A stretch of 64,000 bases of DNA from an uncultured bacterium (GTDB lineage Bacteria; Patescibacteriota; Minisyncoccia; Phycocordibacterales; GWA1-40-21), in NCBI GenBank assembly GCA_903831595.1, contig CAIKXY010000002.1, positions 28,339-92,338 of the forward strand, read 5' to 3'. A model generated the notes under the pieces. The model was not told where the DNA came from, ran no database searches, and saw only the letters and a list, made by a program, of their open reading frames with translations. A program made the position numbers and the translations under genes. Within the stretch, counting starts at the first letter, position 1. The number at the start of each line of letters is the position of its first letter. Positions 1-8,396 of this stretch are shown here, one piece after another.

Positions 1-615
1 ATTTTTAACTGGTATATCATATTCCCTGACATAATTAAGTAACATTTGGTCCATTTTTTTATATAAATCAAAATAATATTTCTTTGTTTTACTTAAAACT
101 GGTATTGCATTACCATGACTACCAACGAGATATTTGATTTTTGTACCTAGCATTTTTTCGTACCTTAATAAGTCCAACTGGGCTCCATATCCATAAATAT
201 TTAGTCTTTTTAATACTCCAATTAAATAGGTTGCAACCTCATCTGTTGGATTAGTGATAACAATTATAGGCACTGTTTTAGGAAATTTTTTTATTAGTGG
301 AAGCAGTGTATTTATTTCATATATAGAGCCATGTAATTCCTTGAGTCTAATTTCATAATTATTGTTTAAAGAAAAAATATACTCCATTCTTTTTTCGGGA
401 GTTATACCAGCCAAACTAATTACAATTAAATCAATTTGACTATATTCCTTTTCATTTTTAAAATAATCGAAAAAATATTTGTATTCTTTTTGATTGTTTT
501 GATTCTTGTTAATATAAAAGGAGTTAGCCCAATCTTTTATCTCATTAGCTATACCTTTCCCAACTCTTCCCATCCCCAGAAACAAAATTTTAGGTTTTTC
601 TACATTATTTATCAT
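1..615 (-). CDS. L-lactate/malate dehydrogenase family protein. The N-terminal 205 aa are present; the C-terminus lies beyond the left edge of the window.
   Basis: The minus-strand frame opens at ATG 615 as MINNVEKPKILFLGMGRVGKGIANE, a Rossmann GxGxxG motif. It continues with ITNPTDEVATYL and GAQLDLLRYEKML, matching the LDH/MDH NPVD and LDxxR motifs. The frame stays open to position 1. The ORF track omits it because it is truncated. Confidence 0.6.
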   Translation of the reverse strand, partial: MINNVEKPKILFLGMGRVGKGIANEIKDWANSFYINKNQNNQKEYKYFFDYFKNEKEYSQIDLIVISLAGITPEKRMEYIFSLNNNYEIRLKELHGSIYEINTLLPLIKKFPKTVPIIVITNPTDEVATYLIGVLKRLNIYGYGAQLDLLRYEKMLGTKIKYLVGSHGNAIPVLSKTKKYYFDLYKKMDQMLLNYVREYDIPVKN

Positions 616-872
616 ACAAAAAGTATAACAAATAAATATAATATGTATATACCTTTGTTCCTTTCCATAATTGAATTTATTCAAAAAAATGATAATTAAA
701 GTTTTTTTAAATGTATATCAAGGTTACAAGATAAAAACACGAATTTTCTTCGTGTTTTTTAATATGTAAGCGAGTCAGTGCCGTGAAAATTTTTGAATGA
801 CGATGAGAAAATTATTCCTAGCTGCACTAGTGTGCACTTAAATAAATTTAATAAACGTGATATTATTTATCT

Positions 873-2543
873 ATGATTACACAAGACCTATTAAATTATA
901 TTGAAAGTGAAATAACAAAAGGCACTCCACAGGATATTATTAAATCAAATCTATTATCTAACGGATGGGATGAGAAAGATATTGCTGAGGGTATGATAAA
1001 CACTCAAACAAAAATAAATAACAATGTGCCTAAACCACCAGAAAATAAGTCTGTTATCAATTCTAGTTTTATAGAGCTTTCAAAAACACAACCGATAATA
1101 TCTATTGAAAACCATAATACAAAAACAGAGCTATCAAATAAGTCTACTGCTAAAAAGAAATTTCTTGTCGTTTCATTGCCTATTTTGGCCGTGGTCATTA
1201 TCGTCGTTGCATACTTTGGCTATGGTTATTATGCTGCTAATCAAATAACTTTTGGTGGTGCCGTGATAAAAACAGTGCAAGCATTTTTCAGTAATCAAAT
1301 TAAGAGTGGTCAGTTATCGATATCTGGAGAATTTACTTCAAAAGACGTTGGTAATAATTTCTCTGATTTAATTCCATCAGTTGATGCACGACAGACAATT
1401 AATAAAATTAATGATGTTTCTATAAAATTAGATTATTCAAGTATAATACAAGAAAATGCTGACAATAATATTGAAACCGATGGCAATATTGCTGGTTCAC
1501 TGAGGTATTCTTATTTTGGTTTGCAGAGCACAACTTCTGTACAAGAATTTAGTTTAAAATTTAAATCTTTTGCAGATAAAACATATCTCAGCGTACAAAC
1601 ATTACCGGCGATTACTTCAGTGCTTATTTCTCCTGACGTAGTTAAGCGATACTTGAGTAGTTGGTTTTATATACCAAAAGATCTTATTAAGGCTTACTCT
1701 GGGCCACTTCTTAATAATGCATCTAATTCAACAATTATTAATCAAAATATAAAAAATGATTTAATTGATCTTTTTGATAAAAGTGGTGCCTTTATAGTCT
1801 TGGATAAGAAGTTTGAGGTCACCGGTAATGGTATGCCTGTTAATGCAATCTATTTTAAAATCGATTGGGATAAATATAGTGATGGGCTAATAAAAATTAC
1901 CAGGGATATTTCTGAGAATGTAAATATTAGCTACCAAAGTTCCTATGAGGATATGATAAAAAATGAGATCCAAGTTATAAAAGAATTTTCAGTTAAAAAT
2001 AGTGTGTTCAAGGTATTAATAGGTTCAGACGGCTATATTCATGGATATTATTCATATTCTGATTTATTGGATAAAAATAACAATAATATAGGCAGCTTAA
2101 AAATCAATGTTTCTGGAGATAGCTATAATAAATCATTTATAATTGATAGACCGAAAGATGCCAAAGACATTAAAGACGTATTTATTGATATTTCCAATTT
2201 TTTAAAAGAGAAGAATGGTCCCACATCTTTGTCCGTCTTAGATTCTTATAAAGCAAGGGAGGTTATGGGTGTTTTACAAAACATGAGAGCACAAAACGAA
2301 ATATATTATGATGAACACAATAACTCTTATGAGGGTCTTTGTACAACAAATAATATTTTTAAAATAGCTATAGATAAAATTAAACAAGATACTGGCAATG
2401 ATGTTTCGTGTTTTTCATCTCCAACTAAATGGTCAGCTTCTGTTAGATTACCAGAAACAACAGTAAATTTTTGTGTCGACTCAACAGCTTTTGGTAATAC
2501 AGTATCTTCACCAAAGGTAGGGCTTACTGGTAAATGTGATTAA
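873..2543 (+). CDS. Hypothetical membrane-anchored protein. It has an N-terminal cytoplasmic domain, one TM helix and a Cys-containing C-terminal domain.
   Basis: 556-aa ORF with a single hydrophobic segment, FLVVSLPILAVVIIVVAYFGYGYY. No family recognised. Confidence 0.55.
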   Translation: MITQDLLNYIESEITKGTPQDIIKSNLLSNGWDEKDIAEGMINTQTKINNNVPKPPENKSVINSSFIELSKTQPIISIENHNTKTELSNKSTAKKKFLVVSLPILAVVIIVVAYFGYGYYAANQITFGGAVIKTVQAFFSNQIKSGQLSISGEFTSKDVGNNFSDLIPSVDARQTINKINDVSIKLDYSSIIQENADNNIETDGNIAGSLRYSYFGLQSTTSVQEFSLKFKSFADKTYLSVQTLPAITSVLISPDVVKRYLSSWFYIPKDLIKAYSGPLLNNASNSTIINQNIKNDLIDLFDKSGAFIVLDKKFEVTGNGMPVNAIYFKIDWDKYSDGLIKITRDISENVNISYQSSYEDMIKNEIQVIKEFSVKNSVFKVLIGSDGYIHGYYSYSDLLDKNNNNIGSLKINVSGDSYNKSFIIDRPKDAKDIKDVFIDISNFLKEKNGPTSLSVLDSYKAREVMGVLQNMRAQNEIYYDEHNNSYEGLCTTNNIFKIAIDKIKQDTGNDVSCFSSPTKWSASVRLPETTVNFCVDSTAFGNTVSSPKVGLTGKCD

Positions 2544-2609
2544 ACAACATCGCTATAAGGTAGATAATATATATAATTTTCTTAATTAAAGATAATAAAC
2601 TTTTTTCTT

Positions 2610-2644
2610 GACATTTTTTTATGTATATGGTTATATGTATATGA
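2610..2644 (+). promoter_or_regulatory. Sigma70-like promoter: TTGACA, 17-nt spacer, TTATAT. A palindrome ATCCAC-TTT-GTGGAT sits next to the RBS.
   Basis: Consensus -35 hexamer and an AT-rich -10 lie upstream of the zinc-ribbon gene. The perfect inverted repeat is at about 2671-2685. Confidence 0.3.
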
Positions 2645-2704
2645 AATCGGAATAGAAATACTTCCGATAATCCACTTTGTGGATATCAGTTCATAGGAGG
2701 AATT

Positions 2705-2968
2705 ATGTATTGCCCAAGATGCAGAGTTGAAAAACTCAATGGAAGATTTTGTTCCGCGTGTGGGGTTAAACTAGATAAAATTCCCACATGTGGCTATTGC
2801 GGGACAGAAATCTGGAGCACTGCGAAATATTGCTCGGGTTGCGGAAAGAAAAAAGAGGACGCGCTCGACAAGGCAACATCAAATGAATCGATTCTAAAAG
2901 AAGCGGCAAGGCAAGAAGAAGTCGCTAAGAAAAAGAAAGGTTTCTTGAAGAGATTGCTTGGTATGTAA
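2705..2968 (+). CDS. Zinc-ribbon domain protein
   Basis: Two CxxC...CxxC pairs (CPRCRVEKLNGRFCSAC and CGYCGTEIWSTAKYCSGC), a Lys-rich tail, and an AGGAGG RBS 6 nt upstream. Confidence 0.6.
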   Translation: MYCPRCRVEKLNGRFCSACGVKLDKIPTCGYCGTEIWSTAKYCSGCGKKKEDALDKATSNESILKEAARQEEVAKKKKGFLKRLLGM

Positions 2969-2971
2969 GTT

Positions 2972-3008
2972 TTGGCTCTCGTGGATTTATTCCACGAGAG
3001 CTTTTTAA
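2972..3008. terminator. Rho-independent terminator hairpin between convergent genes
   Basis: Stem GGCTCTCGTGGA, loop TTTAT, stem TCCACGAGAGC, followed by TTTTT. Confidence 0.5.
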
Positions 3009-3013
3009 AATAA

Positions 3014-3304
3014 TTAATTTCCAAAAAATATTTTAATGGCAACTCTTGTAGCGTTCGAAAATTGCCCTGCTTCAATGCCAGCGATATCATCCTCGATTCG
3101 GACCTTTCTTGTTGTGCCGACATAATAAACATACTCGCCTTCAATATATGCAATTTTTTTACCGGTAGTGTGATCATAAATCAAATTTCCAGAAACATAG
3201 CCGATTTTTTTTGCCATATGATTGAAAAGGTAGCCGTCTTGAACCCAGCCAAGCTTTACTCCATTTCTAAATAAATCTACACCGTTTACTTTTATCATAT
3301 TCAA
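3014..3304 (-). CDS. Hypothetical protein (96 aa)
   Basis: ORF only. Gly/Tyr-rich, no recognised motif. Confidence 0.4.
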   Translation of the reverse strand: MNMIKVNGVDLFRNGVKLGWVQDGYLFNHMAKKIGYVSGNLIYDHTTGKKIAYIEGEYVYYVGTTRKVRIEDDIAGIEAGQFSNATRVAIKIFFGN

Positions 3305-3434
3305 ATTGTATCAGATGAAAAGACATAGTCAAACATCTAAAAACAAATTTAATATAGTGGTTGATAATATGTCCGATGTCTGCTAGATTTTTAGAGGAAG
3401 TTTAGACACCAATTAAATAAGGGGGAGGGAAATT

Positions 3435-3599
3435 ATGAAAATTTTCAAGATGGTCGTTCTTTTTTGTCTTATTCTTACAATGGTTGTATTGTGGCTGGAT
3501 AAAAAGATAGAAACATTTCCTGCAGCTCTTTTAGCTTTGTGTTTTGTTATTTTGCTGGTTGAAAAAATTTTTTGCAAAAAAGAAAAAAATTGTTTTTAA
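3435..3599 (+). CDS. Small hydrophobic peptide (54 aa), predicted membrane peptide
   Basis: ATG at 3435 is preceded by a very strong SD, GGGGGAGGGAAATT. The product is MKIFKMVVLFCLILTMVVLWLDKK..., one or two TM helices. It is below the ORF-track size cutoff. Confidence 0.35.
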   Translation: MKIFKMVVLFCLILTMVVLWLDKKIETFPAALLALCFVILLVEKIFCKKEKNCF

Positions 3600-3645
3600 C
3601 ATAAGTAAAATTCAAAAATCTTTCAAAGATAGGGGGGTGATAGGA

Positions 3646-3858
3646 ATGAGATTTTTAGAGGTTGTTGCTTTAGAAGGAAACATACCGTTAGAGAAATGGC
3701 AAAAGTTAGCAGAAGAAGTAAAAAAATTCTGCTCCCTACAGCATATAACGATAGTACGTCAGAAGGTTGATTCACAGGGGATAGAGTTTGCCGTAGATAT
3801 CGACCATGGAGCAAAAGTTAGAACTTACATCTATGCGAGACTTTTGAAAAAAATCTGA
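3646..3858 (+). CDS. Hypothetical protein (70 aa)
   Basis: ATG at 3646 is preceded by AGGGGGGTGATAGGA. The longer 3544 start lacks an RBS and overlaps the upstream peptide. Confidence 0.4.
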   Translation: MRFLEVVALEGNIPLEKWQKLAEEVKKFCSLQHITIVRQKVDSQGIEFAVDIDHGAKVRTYIYARLLKKI

Positions 3859-3874
3859 GCAAGGGGGAAAGTTT

Positions 3875-4255
3875 ATGAATAACATAGTTGTTTGGCAAGG
3901 ATTAAAATTCAAAAAAAACATCAAGACATGTTCAAGATTCCGGGAGGTATTTCAAAGCATAAACGTCCGCCTAAAAAAAGGGGACATAATTAAATGCTTC
4001 AGAAATATCTCTATGGCGCTGGTCATAGGTAAAGAAACCGATCATACTGATATTGTTAAGAGAGCTGCAAATGTTGGGCTGATTCTTGATAATGTTCAGA
4101 ACGGCTACCTTACGAGAATGAACGGTGCCTTTGGGAAATCAAAGGAAGTCGAGGGTCTTCATTTTGTGTTTTCTTCCGGAGACGAAAAAGATGTTGGTGT
4201 TTTTTTAAGGTATAAAGACCATCTCGATTTTGTGGCGAGATTGGCTGTTGCATAG
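3875..4255 (+). CDS. Hypothetical protein (126 aa)
   Basis: An AAGGGGGAAAG RBS precedes ATG 3875. No family recognised. Confidence 0.5.
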   Translation: MNNIVVWQGLKFKKNIKTCSRFREVFQSINVRLKKGDIIKCFRNISMALVIGKETDHTDIVKRAANVGLILDNVQNGYLTRMNGAFGKSKEVEGLHFVFSSGDEKDVGVFLRYKDHLDFVARLAVA

Positions 4256-4260
4256 TTTTA

Positions 4261-4300
4261 CACCTGCGCACTCATTTTGAGAGCGCAGGTGTATTTTTTT
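4261..4300 (+). terminator. Rho-independent terminator
   Basis: Stem CACCTGCGCACTC, loop, stem GAGCGCAGGTG, then TATTTTTTT. Confidence 0.6.
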
Positions 4301-4307
4301 GTTAAAA

Positions 4308-4715
4308 TTATAATGGCAAATCAACTGCAAGAGCTCCTGCGCCAAGGAAAATAAGAGAAAGTGCAATTCCAAAAATTAAAATATAAAAAGTGAGGTTTCT
4401 TCTTTGAAGAATTGGCTCTCTGTATTCAAGTACTGCTTCGCAAAAAAACAAAACTGCAAAAACCATCGCAGTAAGCTGTGTATAAGATCCTGCAATAAGC
4501 ATAAGCCCGCCGATTATTTCTATAAAAGCTAAAACTCTTAAAAAAATTCTTGAAGGATGAATATTTATTGTTTCAAAAAGTTCTTGCCAAGCAATTTTTT
4601 CACTAGTTAATTTTAAATATCCGAGATTGATAACAATAAAGCCTAAAATAACTCTCAATATGAGAGGTGAAAACATGCTGAACGTTAGCAAAGTTGGAAA
4701 TGTGTTTAATATCAT
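4308..4715 (-). CDS. DoxX-family membrane protein
   Basis: Four TM helices, RVILGFIVINLGYLKL near the N-terminus, and a C-terminal GAGALAVD that resembles the DoxX signature. Confidence 0.55.
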   Translation of the reverse strand: MILNTFPTLLTFSMFSPLILRVILGFIVINLGYLKLTSEKIAWQELFETINIHPSRIFLRVLAFIEIIGGLMLIAGSYTQLTAMVFAVLFFCEAVLEYREPILQRRNLTFYILIFGIALSLIFLGAGALAVDLPL

Positions 4716-4804
4716 ATTGAAAGTGTATCATATTTATTACAAAAGTTAAAAGAATTATATTATAGTTGGTGTTTTGTGATTACTTGTATTCTAATAATTG
4801 CTCT

Positions 4805-4840
4805 TGACAAGAATGTTTATTTAGTGTATACTTGTTTCTG
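4805..4840 (+). promoter_or_regulatory. Sigma70-like promoter: TTGACA, 17-nt spacer, TATACT
   Basis: Near-consensus hexamers about 120 nt upstream of the SPFH gene. Confidence 0.4.
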
Positions 4841-4961
4841 GTAAACAGTTTAAGAGTCCTAGATTTCCGAACAGGAAATAGGATTCTTTTTTTAAAAAAA
4901 ATGAAATATTCTTACTGATTAATGATTTCATCTAATCAGAAGAATGAAAAGGAGGAGTAAA

Positions 4962-5816
4962 ATGGCACAACCGAAAGAACCAATAAAATGGGAGGAAATG
5001 ACTGAAGAGCAGAAATTCAAGAAGGGCCTGAAAGTGTCGGGAATAATTGCCGGCTGTGTGTTGGGGGTGATTTTAGCTCTCAGCATTATTTTCGGCAGCT
5101 ATTTTCTTGTTCAGGTCGGTGAAGTCGGCGTTGTTTTTAACAAAATGTCCGGCAAAACCACAGTGTCGAATCAGGGACTGCACTTTAAGGTCCCGTTTTT
5201 TGAAAATGTCACAAAGTTTGATGTTCAGACACAGAGCATCAACTTGAACGAGGAGGGGTCCTCGAAAGATTTGCAGATAGTGAAAATAAACACTGTCTGC
5301 AACTTGCACTTACAGGTCGAGAGGGTCAATGATGTTTACATGAAGATTGGCCCGAACTGGATAGGGAAAGTGGTAAACCCTATCACGATCGAAGTGGTAA
5401 AATCTTTGTCAGCTGGTTATAACGTAGAAGAGATTATTGTTAAGAGAGACACTCTTCGCCAGCAGATAGAAAAGGAACTTCGGTCTAGGTTGCTCGAATA
5501 CAATATTATACTAGAGACAGTCAATCTAGTTAATATTGGCTTAACGAAGGAATATAATAACGTCGTTGAGCAGAAACAAATTGAGCAACAGAATATTCTC
5601 GTCAAGGAAAATATCCGCAAGCAGGCGGAAATTTCTAAGGCGACGAAGATTCTTGATGCGGAGGGCGAGGCTCGGAAAAATCAGCTGATGCAGTCATCAG
5701 CTACCGAGCAGATAATAGCGCTCGAGTGGATCAAGAAATGGAAGGGTGACCTTCCTACTACGATGCTGGGTGATGGAAAGAACATCATGATAAGCATCGA
5801 GCACGAAAAGAAATAA
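4962..5816 (+). CDS. SPFH/band-7 (prohibitin/HflC-like) membrane protein
   Basis: N-terminal TM helix followed by VGEVGVVFNKMSGK...GLHFKVPFFENV, typical of the SPFH fold, then a coiled-coil tail. GGAGGAG sits 6 nt before ATG 4962. The ATG at 4944 lies inside the SD. Confidence 0.7.
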   Translation: MAQPKEPIKWEEMTEEQKFKKGLKVSGIIAGCVLGVILALSIIFGSYFLVQVGEVGVVFNKMSGKTTVSNQGLHFKVPFFENVTKFDVQTQSINLNEEGSSKDLQIVKINTVCNLHLQVERVNDVYMKIGPNWIGKVVNPITIEVVKSLSAGYNVEEIIVKRDTLRQQIEKELRSRLLEYNIILETVNLVNIGLTKEYNNVVEQKQIEQQNILVKENIRKQAEISKATKILDAEGEARKNQLMQSSATEQIIALEWIKKWKGDLPTTMLGDGKNIMISIEHEKK

Positions 5817-5824
5817 CAGTTAGT

Positions 5825-5857
5825 GAGGAGCGGTTTATGAGGCCGCTCCTTTTTTAT
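5825..5857 (+). terminator. Rho-independent terminator
   Basis: Stem AGGAGCGG, loop TTTATGAGG, stem CCGCTCCT, then TTTTTT. Confidence 0.55.
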
Positions 5858-5902
5858 TGTCAAAATTTGCAATTTTATTGTATTAGACTAATATCATATT
5901 AA

Positions 5903-6391
5903 ATGAAAAAGGCAGAAAAATTAAAAAAAGTTGTAATACTCGATAACATAAGAAGCGTTTATAACGTTGGCTCCATTTTTCGTACTTCAGACGCGCTTGG
6001 AATTGATAAAATATATTTATGTGGTTGTACCCCAACGCCAACGGATAGATTTGGTAGAGCAAGAAAAGATTTGGCAAAAGTTGCGCTTGGTGCAGAAAAA
6101 GATATTGCTTGGGAGTATGTAAAAGAGACAAAAGAAATAATTAAAAAGTTAAAAAAAGAAAAATTTCAAATAATTGCTGTTGAACAAGATAAAAAATCTA
6201 TAAATTTCAAAAAAATTAAACCAAAATATCCCTTGGCAATTGTAATGGGCAATGAAGTTGGTGGAATTGATAAAAAAACTTTGAATTTGTGTGATTTGAT
6301 AGCCGAAATACCAATGATGGGGAATAAAGAATCATTAAATGTTTCAGTTTCTTTTGGAATTGCTGGGTATCAGATATTTGGTGATAAATAA
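5903..6391 (+). CDS. SpoU/TrmH-family RNA 2'-O-methyltransferase
   Basis: ILDNIRSVYNVGSIFRTSDALGI, then the C-terminal motifs VMGNEVGGI and ESLNVSVSFGIAGY, typical of SPOUT methyltransferases. Confidence 0.7.
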   Translation: MKKAEKLKKVVILDNIRSVYNVGSIFRTSDALGIDKIYLCGCTPTPTDRFGRARKDLAKVALGAEKDIAWEYVKETKEIIKKLKKEKFQIIAVEQDKKSINFKKIKPKYPLAIVMGNEVGGIDKKTLNLCDLIAEIPMMGNKESLNVSVSFGIAGYQIFGDK

Positions 6392-6500
6392 AATAAAAGC
6401 GTAATTTCGCGAAGCAAAAATGCCCAATAAAAAAGCCGCCTATCTTTCGACAAGCGGCTCAACCAACCTATTTAACCTTACACATTTGTTTCTGTTCCCT

Positions 6501-6695
6501 TTATTCCTCCCTTAATTTATTTGTGATTTCCAGCGAAATTAATATAACAAGAGCTGAGAAAGGATTGAACCTTTCCATTAAAGTCATATTACCTTTTGGG
6601 TAGATAATTTCTGATACTACAAAAAGTAGTATCATTATTCCTATCAACTTTCCGGTGTTTACGATGTTATTTCTAATTATTTTTTTCCAGTCCAT
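6501..6695 (-). CDS. Small membrane protein (64 aa), last gene of a three-gene small-protein operon
   Basis: One TM helix. Its start is preceded by GAGGAGG, which overlaps the stop codon of the upstream gene. Confidence 0.4.
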   Translation of the reverse strand: MDWKKIIRNNIVNTGKLIGIMILLFVVSEIIYPKGNMTLMERFNPFSALVILISLEITNKLREE

Positions 6696-6715
6696 TTTTT
6701 CCTCCTCAGGAAATT

Positions 6716-7039
6716 TTATTTTACTTCTGCAATTTTTGACTCTATTTTTTTTGGGATAGTTAATATGTACTTATGGCCAGCAACTAAATTTTCACTGGAA
6801 TAAGAAACATATGCTACATGTCCCCGTTCCCACCTACAGTCCCTGATAAGTGCGAACTTACCGTCTGTAAATAGGACTTCAAACTGATGACCACTAACTA
6901 TCGCATTTTCAATGGGGACATAAGTACCTGCCAGGTCTTTTTTAAAGGCAATAATAAACAGACATATCACTATTGCCACCATGACAGTAATAAGCATATT
7001 ACCCAAAAAGTTTTGATTAGCATCATTATTTTCTGTCAT
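6716..7039 (-). CDS. Small membrane-anchored protein (107 aa) with an MTEN N-terminus
   Basis: TM helix LITVMVAIVICLFIIAF. The same CCTGAGGAGGAAAT junction precedes its start. Confidence 0.45.
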   Translation of the reverse strand: MTENNDANQNFLGNMLITVMVAIVICLFIIAFKKDLAGTYVPIENAIVSGHQFEVLFTDGKFALIRDCRWERGHVAYVSYSSENLVAGHKYILTIPKKIESKIAEVK

Positions 7040-7048
7040 ATTTCCTCC

Positions 7049-7165
7049 TCAGGAAATTATTTTGATAAGCGCCAGCAATACAAGTAACACGGCACAAATT
7101 ATCATATCTCTTCTATTTTTCTTCATATCCTTCACTAATTTTTCTAACTGCTCATTTTCAGTCAT
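7049..7165 (-). CDS. Small TM peptide (38 aa) with an MTEN N-terminus
   Basis: ATG at 7165 on the minus strand is preceded by AAAAAAAAAGGGGGGGAT, a strong SD. The longer 7378 start lacks an RBS and is not hydrophobic. Confidence 0.4.
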   Translation of the reverse strand: MTENEQLEKLVKDMKKNRRDMIICAVLLVLLALIKIIS

Positions 7166-7430
7166 ATCCCCCCCTTTTTTTTTGTATTCAGAAGACTTGT
7201 AATATTTTTTTGACCCCTTTACTTGATGGGGTAACAAATGTGTTGTCAAAGAACTGTTTAATTTCTTTACCGTAATTCTGATAACAGTATAAAACATTTT
7301 TATGTAAATGTCAAGATACGTGACACACTTCATTTTCATTTTGTCACACATTTTTATTATAACCTTGATATTTGACACAAATTAGCCATTTTGATATACT
7401 AAATATGTTGTCATAAATCATGACAAAACT

Positions 7431-8186
7431 ATGAATAATGAAATAACTAAGGCATTACTAGATATTGGATTGTCCAAAGAAGAGGTAAATATTTACCTAG
7501 CTGGGCTTGAGCTTGGAGAAAGTTCTGTGCAAAATATAGCTAAGAAAGCTGATATAAAAAGACCAACGGCGTATCTTATTATTGATGATCTGATTAAAAA
7601 AGGTCTTTTTTATCAAACATTTAAAGGTAAAAAAAGATATTTTAGTGCACAAAGCCCAAAAGATTTGGAAATTGAGCTAAAAAGAAAAGCATTTGAGCTT
7701 ACAAAGGTAATGCCGGAGCTTAATTCTATTTATAATACTTTAGGATTCAAACCAAGAGTAAGATTTTATGAAGGAGTTGCAGGCGCTATGTCTGTATATA
7801 ATGATACGATTGATTCTACACCAGAAAATGGTGAAATTTTAGATTTTGCAGGAATTAAAAATCTTTTTGACACTTTTCCAAAAGAATTTGCAATAGAATA
7901 CTACACCAAACGAATTCGAAAGAATATTATTGATAAGGTAATTGCAGTTGATTGTGAAGAAAGTAGGGAATGGAAAAAAAATGCAGAAGAAGAGATGAGA
8001 GAAATATTTATTGTTCCCGAAGATCAGTTTAATTTCTCTGGGGATATGGAGATATATGGAGATAAGGTGGCTTTGATATCATATAAAGAAAATTTTATGG
8101 CTGTCGTGATAGAAAGTAAGGAAATTGCAAATATGCAAAGGCTTATGTTTAATTTGATTTGGAATAATTTGAAGGGGCAGAAATAA
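7431..8186 (+). CDS. TrmB-family transcriptional regulator (paralog 1 of 3)
   Basis: N-terminal wHTH LLDIGLSKEEVNIYLAGLELGESSVQNIAKKADIKRPTAYLIIDDLIKKGL plus a TrmB-like C-terminal domain. It shares the same architecture with 14478..15227 and 16853..17626. Confidence 0.6.
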   Translation: MNNEITKALLDIGLSKEEVNIYLAGLELGESSVQNIAKKADIKRPTAYLIIDDLIKKGLFYQTFKGKKRYFSAQSPKDLEIELKRKAFELTKVMPELNSIYNTLGFKPRVRFYEGVAGAMSVYNDTIDSTPENGEILDFAGIKNLFDTFPKEFAIEYYTKRIRKNIIDKVIAVDCEESREWKKNAEEEMREIFIVPEDQFNFSGDMEIYGDKVALISYKENFMAVVIESKEIANMQRLMFNLIWNNLKGQK

Positions 8187-8194
8187 GCGGTGGA

Positions 8195-8360
8195 AAAAAC
8201 GGAGGTCTCTCCTTGAGGAGGAGCATAGCGACGGGAAAAGGTGAGTCCTCGGTTTTTTTGAGCAGTAATTTTTTGAAGATTTTCCGAGGAGAGACCTTTT
8301 TAAATTCCCAAGGTCTCACCTCCAAAAATCTGGATTCCCGCCTGCGTGGGAATGACACAC
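8195..8360 (+). promoter_or_regulatory. GC-rich structured leader or small-RNA candidate upstream of the Mur ligase gene
   Basis: GGTCTCTCC (about 8211) pairs with GGAGAGACC (about 8290). AGGTGAGTCCT (about 8251) pairs with AGGTCTCACCT (about 8322). CCTCGG can pair with CCGAGG, and there is a terminal hairpin TTCCC-GCCTGCGT-GGGAA. These are mutually exclusive or pseudoknotted pairings in an otherwise AT-rich intergenic region. Confidence 0.3.
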
Positions 8361-8396
8361 TTTATAAAAACTTGAATTAGGGTTATTATGTAAATT

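Noticed and set aside
436-699. 87-aa plus-strand ORF in the ORF track
   Set aside because: It lies antisense to the well-supported LDH/MDH-like frame on the minus strand. Its product is low-complexity and Phe/Ile-rich, typical of AT-rich antisense ORFs.
3544-3645. Longer 104-aa version of the ORF starting at 3544
   Set aside because: The upstream ATG has no RBS, overlaps the preceding peptide gene, and adds a Lys/Phe-rich low-complexity extension. The internal start at 3646 with a strong SD is preferred.
4944-4961. Upstream ATG for the SPFH gene
   Set aside because: The ATG at 4944 sits inside the GGAGGAG Shine-Dalgarno sequence. Translation more plausibly starts at 4962.
8149-8358. 69-aa minus-strand ORF
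   Set aside because: It falls entirely within the GC-rich structured intergenic element. Its product is Pro/Arg/Lys-rich low complexity. It is better explained as noncoding RNA structure.
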